Assembly (NCBI GenBank): GCA_964019335.1
Contig: OZ025740.1
Location: 62,001 to 126,000, forward strand
DNA length: 64,000 bases
Source of the DNA: Diplonema japonicum
Taxonomy: Eukaryota > Protista > Euglenozoa: Diplonemea
Direction of reading: 5' to 3'
The translations under genes were made by a program, and so were the position numbers. Under the pieces are notes generated by a model that saw nothing but the letters and a program-made list of their open reading frames with translations, was not told the DNA's origin and did not search any database. Shown here piece after piece: positions 57,261-64,000 of the stretch. Every line of letters begins with the position of its first letter. Positions within the stretch are counted from its first letter, which is position 1.

Positions 57261-58235
57261 GTTCTCTTGCCCCGCCGGAAGCGGGTTCTTTTCGGTTGCA
57301 GACAATGTCAACAAACCCCTCCCCACGTAAGAATTTAAAGATAATAATAAAAGGTGCAGTAAACACAGAGAAGAAAAGAAAATGAGTGCTAGCTTGACAA
57401 TGCAGGTGCTAGAAAAGTATTGCATGTACTTACTAATCAAAAGGAGGGAGGGAATAAAAAAAAGAAATTCACTATGATAGGAACGAAGTGGTTTTTTGCA
57501 ACGGCCCGCATAAAAACACAAAAAAGAAAAAGAGAAAAAGAAAATAAACTATTCTTTTAAGGTATGCGTTTTTGCGCTCACCGGCCGAGCTGCGCTTAGT
57601 CCCCGTAAATAAATAAAAGAAATAGTAAATACCGAGCCGCAAGAAAAAAGAAAGTTGGGTCTCTTAAGGGAAGTGGGTTAGAGGTCTCGTACTGACTGCG
57701 ATTTACGGCAAGCAATCTTACCTGTAAAACTCTTGCATTTTCGGATTATCTTCGGTGAGCGAAGACAGGTGCGCAAAGTAGCTGATGAAGTTTCTTCAAA
57801 CCTGTCCAAAAACGGCAGTCTACTCTTTCCGTGAACAAAGGGAGATAGAAGAAAGAGAAAGAAAAAAGAAGAAGAAAAAAAGGAGGAGAACAAGAAAACT
57901 GACTCGAGAGTCAATTCTTTCCCTCGTGTGGGGGAAAACCATAAGAAAGAAAAACTGTAGTCGCTCAGAGAGAGACAACAAGTGTGGTCTTTGGTGTGCT
58001 GGGAACATCATGCAGACCACTGTTTGAACTATCTCTTACTTATTTATTTATTAAAACATCTTTTCAAAAATAAAACGAATAACCAAAAGTTCACAATTAT
58101 ACGAAAACGACGTGGTCAGCAGCGGCCTACCGCAGTGGCGTTGCCTACCTTTTGACGCCCTTTTGGGGTCGTTGTTACCAAAGAAAAAAATGAGATAGAT
58201 TTAAAAAAAAATAAAAAAGAAAGTCTCAAACTTTT

Positions 58236-60065
58236 TCACTCGAAGTCCCTTGCTTTTTTTGCCAAGACGAATGCAGCGATAGATCGAATGCCGACGAAGG
58301 CCGCAAGCATGATGAGGGTGTAGATCCACCAGTGGTCCCTGTTGATGCTGGAGTCGTGGACAAGGGTTGCCACGACGTCCGAAGCCGCAGTGTTGTTGTC
58401 GGGGAGGTTCTTCTCCGAGAACTCGACGATGGTGCTGAGGGCCACCCCGTACTTCAGGAAGCAGCCCCACTGAATCCAACGCATGAAAACAGGGATCGCA
58501 TCGCTTGTGATGAAGAACCCCGCGAACAGGATCTGAGGGACAAAGATGGCCGGCACAAGGTTCACTGCCGTCTCCGCACGAGTGGTCGATGCACCAAGCA
58601 GCAGCGCCGCCGACCCAGACACAGCTGCGAGGAGGGTCATCGCAAGCACGTGAAGAAAGAAGTCCCCTTGGTAGTCGACCAAGAAGTACACCGCAATAAG
58701 ACCTACAAGCTGCTCAAAGAAAGCTACCGGAACGTCGATCATCGTCTTCGCAAGGAAGTAAGCTGCCGTCCCGTAGGTCCCTGTGATGTACTCTCTGATG
58801 AAGACTGGCCGCTCCAAAGGGAACACCAGCAGCAACGGCTCCGCCGACAGGAACATCGTGTTGATGGATATGAAGACCAGCGCCCCCCAGTGGTTGTTCA
58901 CCTCCTTCTCTACGTCCCCGCTGGTTCGGGCGTCCCCCCACTCATCCCCAGCCCCCAAGAAGATGAGTCCTATGATGACGGACAGCACGATCGCCATCCC
59001 GAACCTGCTCATCAGTGTCATCTTGTCACGCAGCACTTGGTAGAACTCCCGCTTCACCAGGTGTTGGAACTGTGTCACGAAGGGTGCCGGGTTCGAGTCC
59101 CACATCCCAGACGCAGCGGACACCCCTTCGATCTCGCTCCCCTCCTTCACCACGCTCTGCACTGTCTGGATCAAGGGCTGCGCCTCCTCGTCTGTGATCC
59201 GCTGCACAGTCGTCATCGCGAAGTCGGCGGGGTTGTAGTTTGGTTTGCAGTGGTGGCCGTGTGCCGCGAAGTGCTCCGCCACCCCCTCCACAGGCCCGTT
59301 GTACACCATCTGCCCGTAGCGCAGCAGCATCACACGGTGGAACAGGTCGAACACCTCACTGGAGGGCTGGTGGATCGTGCACACGATGGTGCACCCCGCC
59401 TCCGCCAACCCCCGGAGGATCTTCACGAGTTCAAACGCGTTGTGCGAGTCCAGCCCGCTCGTCGGCTCGTCCAAGAAGATCAGTGACGGTGACGAGATGA
59501 GCTCCACAGCCACCGCCGTCCGCTTCATCTCACCACCAGACAGCCCAGGCGACAGGACGGACCCGATCAGCGTGTCGGCACAGCGGTCCAGGTTCAGAGA
59601 GTTGATCGCCCTGTTCACCAACTCCTCCCTTTCCTCCTCACTCGAGTCGGGGAGCTTCAGGGCCGCCGTGAAGTGCAGGCACTCTCGAGGGGTCTGCGTC
59701 GCGAACAGAGCATCCTTCTGCATCACGTAAGCAAGCTTCGTCTTGTACTGCTTCGGGTCCACAGCCTCCCCGTTCATCGTGATGCTCCCAGAAGCCCTTC
59801 CGTAAGGAGCCCTCCCCGCCAGTACGTTCATGAGGGTGCTCTTCCCCGCCCCAGACGGGCCCATGATGGCGGTCAGCTCCCCAGGACGCAGCGTCCCACC
59901 CAGGTCGCTCAGGATCTGCTTCGTCTCACCCTTGCTCAGGTCCACAACGAAGTCGAGGTTGCTCCACTTCAGGGTGAGTGGCTCGATGAGAGACTTGTCA
60001 TGGAAGCCGGTGCTGGTGGGGGCCTCCTCGTCGAAGGGGGCCGTCGTCGTTGGGGCGGTCGACAT
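58236..60065 (-). CDS. ABCG half-transporter, copy A
   Basis: GPSGAGKST, LSGGE, FLDEPTSGLD, TIHQP; NBD then TMD. Confidence 0.95.
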   Translation of the reverse strand: MSTAPTTTAPFDEEAPTSTGFHDKSLIEPLTLKWSNLDFVVDLSKGETKQILSDLGGTLRPGELTAIMGPSGAGKSTLMNVLAGRAPYGRASGSITMNGEAVDPKQYKTKLAYVMQKDALFATQTPRECLHFTAALKLPDSSEEEREELVNRAINSLNLDRCADTLIGSVLSPGLSGGEMKRTAVAVELISSPSLIFLDEPTSGLDSHNAFELVKILRGLAEAGCTIVCTIHQPSSEVFDLFHRVMLLRYGQMVYNGPVEGVAEHFAAHGHHCKPNYNPADFAMTTVQRITDEEAQPLIQTVQSVVKEGSEIEGVSAASGMWDSNPAPFVTQFQHLVKREFYQVLRDKMTLMSRFGMAIVLSVIIGLIFLGAGDEWGDARTSGDVEKEVNNHWGALVFISINTMFLSAEPLLLVFPLERPVFIREYITGTYGTAAYFLAKTMIDVPVAFFEQLVGLIAVYFLVDYQGDFFLHVLAMTLLAAVSGSAALLLGASTTRAETAVNLVPAIFVPQILFAGFFITSDAIPVFMRWIQWGCFLKYGVALSTIVEFSEKNLPDNNTAASDVVATLVHDSSINRDHWWIYTLIMLAAFVGIRSIAAFVLAKKARDFE

Positions 60066-60959
60066 AGTTTCGCGGTAGTTTATTTCTTTTTCTGGTTTGT
60101 TGTAAAACTAGCTGTGGTGTGGGTTTTATTTTTCTTTCTTTTGGTGGAAACAAAAGATTATAGGAATAGATGTGGGAAAGGGGACGGGGTGGGAGGGGAA
60201 TGTCAACAAACCCCTCCCCACGTAAGAAAAGAAAGGAGAGAATAAAAAAGAAAAATAATAATTCCTTATGACTATATGTCTTGGTTGTTTCGCACGAGCA
60301 AATAAGACAAGGTCTTAGAAAGCTGCGGGCATGAGTTGCATATAGCTATAAAAAACAAAATCTTTAACTTATTTGTGCCCTGTCAGCACAATTAGTTCTT
60401 TCATAAGCTTTTAAACGCAGGAGGGAATCAAAAAGAAAAAAGGGAGAAATACAAAAGAGAAAAAAAGTTAGGAACAAAGAAATGCTTTATCGCTGAAAAC
60501 TCCGTGCAAGAGCCGTAGGAAAAAAGAAAAAAAAAGGAGTTTTTTTTCTTTTTCAATTTCCCTCCCTTCCGAAGAAAGATCGAATAGAGAAAATAAGAGA
60601 AAAAAGGACCTTACCTTTTCTCCCCGTTTCTCGAGACTTAATTCTTTTCCTCGTGTGGGGGGAATCATAAGAAAAAAACTGTAGTCAGTCAGAGAGACAA
60701 CAAGTGTCGTCTTTGGTGTGCTGGGAACATCATGCAGACCACTGTTAGAACTATTTCTTATTTATTTATTAATCTTTTCAAAAAACGATGCAGGACCAGA
60801 AGAAGACAAAAAGTTCACAATGATACAAAAACGACGTGGTCAGCAGCGGCCTACCACAGTGGCGTTGCCTACCTTTTGATGCCCTTTTGGGGTCGTTGTT
60901 ACCAAAGAAAAAAATGAGATAGATTTAAAAAAAAATAAAAAAGAAAGTCTCAAACTTTT

Positions 60960-62792
60960 TCACTCGAAGTCCCTTGCTTTTTTTGCCAAGACGAATGCAG
61001 CGATAGATCGAATGCCGACGAAGGCCGCAAGCATGATGAGGGTGTAGATCCACCAGTGGTCCCTGTTGATGCTGGAGTCGTGGACAAGGGTTGCCACGAC
61101 GTCCGAAGCCGCAGTGTTGTTGTCGGGGAGGTTCTTCTCCGAGAACTCGACGATGGTGCTGAGGGCCACCCCGTACTTCAGGAAGCAGCCCCACTGAATC
61201 CAACGCATGAAAACAGGGATCGCATCGCTTGTGATGAAGAACCCCGCGAACAGGATCTGAGGGACAAAGATGGCCGGCACAAGGTTCACTGCCGTCTCCG
61301 CACGAGTGGTCGATGCACCAAGCAGCAGTGCCGTCGACCCAGACACAATAGCGAGGAGGGTCAGTGCAAGCACGTGAAGAAAGAAGTCCCCTTGGTAGTC
61401 GACCAAAAAGTACACCACAACAAGACCTACAAGCTGCTCAAAGAAAGCTACCGGAACGTCGATCATCGTCTTCGCAAGGAAGTAAGCTGCCGTCCCGTAG
61501 GTCCCTGTGATGTACTCCCTGATGAAGACAGCCCGTTCCAAAGGGAACACCAGCAGCAACGGCTCCGCCGACAGGAACATCGTGTTGATGGATATGAAGA
61601 CCAGCGCCCCCCAGTGGTTGTTCACCTCCTTCTCTACGTCCCCGCTGGTTCGGGCGTCCCCCCACTCATCCCCAGCACCCATGAAGATGAGCCCTATGAT
61701 GACGGACAGCACGATCGCCATCCCGAACCTGCTCATCAACATCATCTTGTCACGCAGCACTTGGTAGAACTCCCGCTTCACCAGGTGTCGGAACTGTGTC
61801 ACGAAGGGTGCCGGGTTCGAGTCCCACATCCCAGACGCTGCTGAGGAGACACCTTCGATCTCACTCCCCTCCTTCATGATGGTCTGCGCGGTCTGGATCA
61901 AGGGCTGCACCTTGTCATCTGAGAGGGTCTGCAGGAGGTGCATCGCGAAGTCGGCGGGGTTGTAGTTTGGTTTGCAGTGGTGGCCGTGTGCCGCGAAGTG
62001 CTCCGCCACCCCCTCCACAGGCCCGTTGTACACCATCTGCCCGTAGCGCAGCAGCATCACACGGTGGAACAGGTCGAACACCTCACTGGAGGGCTGGTGG
62101 ATCGTGCACACGATGGTGCACCCCGCCTCCGCCAACCCCCGGAGGATCTTCACGAGTTCAAACGCGTTGTGCGAGTCCAGCCCGCTCGTCGGCTCGTCCA
62201 AGAAGATCAGTGACGGTGACGAGATGAGCTCCACAGCCACCGCCGTCCGCTTCATCTCACCACCAGACAGCCCAGGCGACAGGACGGACCCGATCAGCGT
62301 GTCGGCACAGCGGTCCAGGTTCAGAGAGTTGATCGCCCTGTTCACCAACTCCTCCCTTTCCTCCTCACTCGAGTCGGGGAGCTTCAGGGCCGCCGTGAAG
62401 TGCAGGCACTCTCGAGGGGTCTGCGTCGCGAACAGAGCATCCTTCTGCATCACGTAAGCAAGCTTCGTCTTGTACTGCTTCGGGTCCACAGCCTCCCCGT
62501 TCATCGTGATGCTCCCAGAAGCCCTTCCGTAAGGAGCCCTCCCCGCCAGTACGTTCATGAGGGTGCTCTTCCCCGCCCCAGACGGGCCCATGATGGCGGT
62601 CAGCTCCCCAGGACGCAGCGTCCCACCCAGGTCGCTCAGGATCTGCTTCGTCTCACCCTTGCTCAGGTCCACAACGAAGTCGAGGTTGCTCCACTTCAGG
62701 GTGAGTGGCTCGATGAGAGACTTGTCATGGAAGCCGGTGCTGGTGGGGGCCTCCTCGTCGAAGGGGGCCGTCGTCGTTGGGGCGGTCGACAT
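60960..62792 (-). CDS. ABCG half-transporter, copy B
   Basis: Tandem duplicate (stop codons 2724 bp apart); start set at MSTAP. Confidence 0.95.
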   Translation of the reverse strand: MSTAPTTTAPFDEEAPTSTGFHDKSLIEPLTLKWSNLDFVVDLSKGETKQILSDLGGTLRPGELTAIMGPSGAGKSTLMNVLAGRAPYGRASGSITMNGEAVDPKQYKTKLAYVMQKDALFATQTPRECLHFTAALKLPDSSEEEREELVNRAINSLNLDRCADTLIGSVLSPGLSGGEMKRTAVAVELISSPSLIFLDEPTSGLDSHNAFELVKILRGLAEAGCTIVCTIHQPSSEVFDLFHRVMLLRYGQMVYNGPVEGVAEHFAAHGHHCKPNYNPADFAMHLLQTLSDDKVQPLIQTAQTIMKEGSEIEGVSSAASGMWDSNPAPFVTQFRHLVKREFYQVLRDKMMLMSRFGMAIVLSVIIGLIFMGAGDEWGDARTSGDVEKEVNNHWGALVFISINTMFLSAEPLLLVFPLERAVFIREYITGTYGTAAYFLAKTMIDVPVAFFEQLVGLVVVYFLVDYQGDFFLHVLALTLLAIVSGSTALLLGASTTRAETAVNLVPAIFVPQILFAGFFITSDAIPVFMRWIQWGCFLKYGVALSTIVEFSEKNLPDNNTAASDVVATLVHDSSINRDHWWIYTLIMLAAFVGIRSIAAFVLAKKARDFE

Positions 62793-63336
62793 AGTTTCGC
62801 GGTAGTTTATTTCCTGGAAGGGTTTGGAGGGGGTAGCGATGGAAGATAACAATAGCGAGGGAAGATAACAATAAAAGAAAAGGTGCAGTAAACACAGAGA
62901 AGAAAAGAAAATGAGCGCTAGCTTGACGATGCAGGTGCTAGAAAATTATTGCATGTACTTACTAATCAAAAGGAAGGAGGGAATAAAAAAGAAATTAAAA
63001 AGAAATGGGGCTTTGGTTGCAACAAATAAAAGAAGTAGTGAGGAAGTACTTTTTCTTTTCTCTTCTTTAAACCCGATGGGTTGTCGAAAACAAAGAAAAA
63101 TAAAGGAAAATAAAAACAGAATAAAAACAATAGTTAGGAAAATGGAAAAAAAACAAGGAAATATAAAAAGGTGAAAGAAAGATCTCAAAGAAAATAAGAA
63201 AGGGGGAGTGACCCTTTTCTTGGTTTCTTTGCTGGATTATTTCTTTTCTTTCACAATAGCAAAATATTTTACTTGTTGGAAAAGTTGTAAGGCTTGTGAA
63301 ATAATATCAACAAGAAAATTACAAGTCGTTTTTTTC

Positions 63337-64000
63337 TTAATGGAACTGCTGTGCCTTCCTCGCCAGCACAGTGGCGGCAACCACTCTGATGAAGACGAAG
63401 GCCCCCAGCATGATGAGGGTGTAGATCCACCAGTCGTCCCTGTTGATGTTGCTGTCCTCGATGGTGCGGGCGACCACCTCCAGTGCGAAGGTGTTGTTGT
63501 CGGGGAGGTTCTTGTCCGAGAACTCGACGATGGTGCTGAGGGCCACCCCGTACTTCAGGAAGCAGCCCCACTGAATCCAACGCATGAAGGCAGGGATCGC
63601 ATCGCTTGTGATGAAGAACCCCGCGAACAGGATCTGAGGGACGTAGATGGCCGGCACAAGGTTCACTGCCGTCTCCGCACTTGTTGTCGATGCACCAAGC
63701 AGCAGCGCCGTCGACCCAGACACAATAGCGAGGAGGGTCAGTGCAAGCACGTGAAGAAAGAAGTCCCCTTGGTAGTCGATGAGGAAGTACACCACAACAA
63801 GACCGAGCAGCTGCTGCAGGAAGGCTACCGGAACGTCGACCATCGTCTTCGCAAGGAAGTAAGCCGACGTCCCGTAGGTCCCTGTGATGTACTCTCTGAT
63901 GAAGACTGGCCGCTCTAAAGGGAACACCAGCAGCAACGGCTCCGCCGACAGGAACATCGCGTTGATGGTGAAGAATTGCAGCCCACCCCAGTGGTTCTTC
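63337..64000 (-). CDS. ABCG half-transporter, copy C (3' part)
   Basis: TMD homologous to copies A and B; frame open to the window edge. Confidence 0.9.
   Translation of the reverse strand, partial: KNHWGGLQFFTINAMFLSAEPLLLVFPLERPVFIREYITGTYGTSAYFLAKTMVDVPVAFLQQLLGLVVVYFLIDYQGDFFLHVLALTLLAIVSGSTALLLGASTTSAETAVNLVPAIYVPQILFAGFFITSDAIPAFMRWIQWGCFLKYGVALSTIVEFSDKNLPDNNTFALEVVARTIEDSNINRDDWWIYTLIMLGAFVFIRVVAATVLARKAQQFH

Noticed and set aside
58332-59486. Long plus-strand ORFs (also 22803-23645, 25755-26831)
   Set aside because: Antisense shadows of GC-rich minus-strand genes with no motifs of their own.

Overview
Eukaryotic nuclear DNA, most likely a diplonemid euglenozoan. Evidence: a diplonemid-type spliced-leader (SL) sequence at 25269-25306, amastin-like genes, trypanosomatid-type adenylate cyclases, GT-AG cis-introns, and every intact gene on the minus strand as in a directional gene cluster. 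Genes: three multi-TM adenylate cyclases (one partial, one frameshifted), a receptor-type degenerate cyclase, a cNMP-binding protein, a CCCH protein, four intron-containing amastin-like genes, a docking-domain protein with four HECT-subdomain-like repeats, a Zn-finger/ADP-ribosyltransferase/ankyrin gene (frameshifted), two GT92-like glycosyltransferases, two Ubl fusions and three tandem ABCG transporters. Spacers are homopolymer-rich and full of piggyBac/MITE relics and gene fragments. The most novel signal is a set of non-LTR retroposon remnants that lack a poly(A) tail and sit inside sense-strand T-runs. One has a paralogous empty site showing an exact 7-nt T-run duplication. Several share a covarying 3' stem-loop, and the same machinery may have retro-copied an SL-capped RNA. 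All assignments come from reading motifs by eye; no searches were run.
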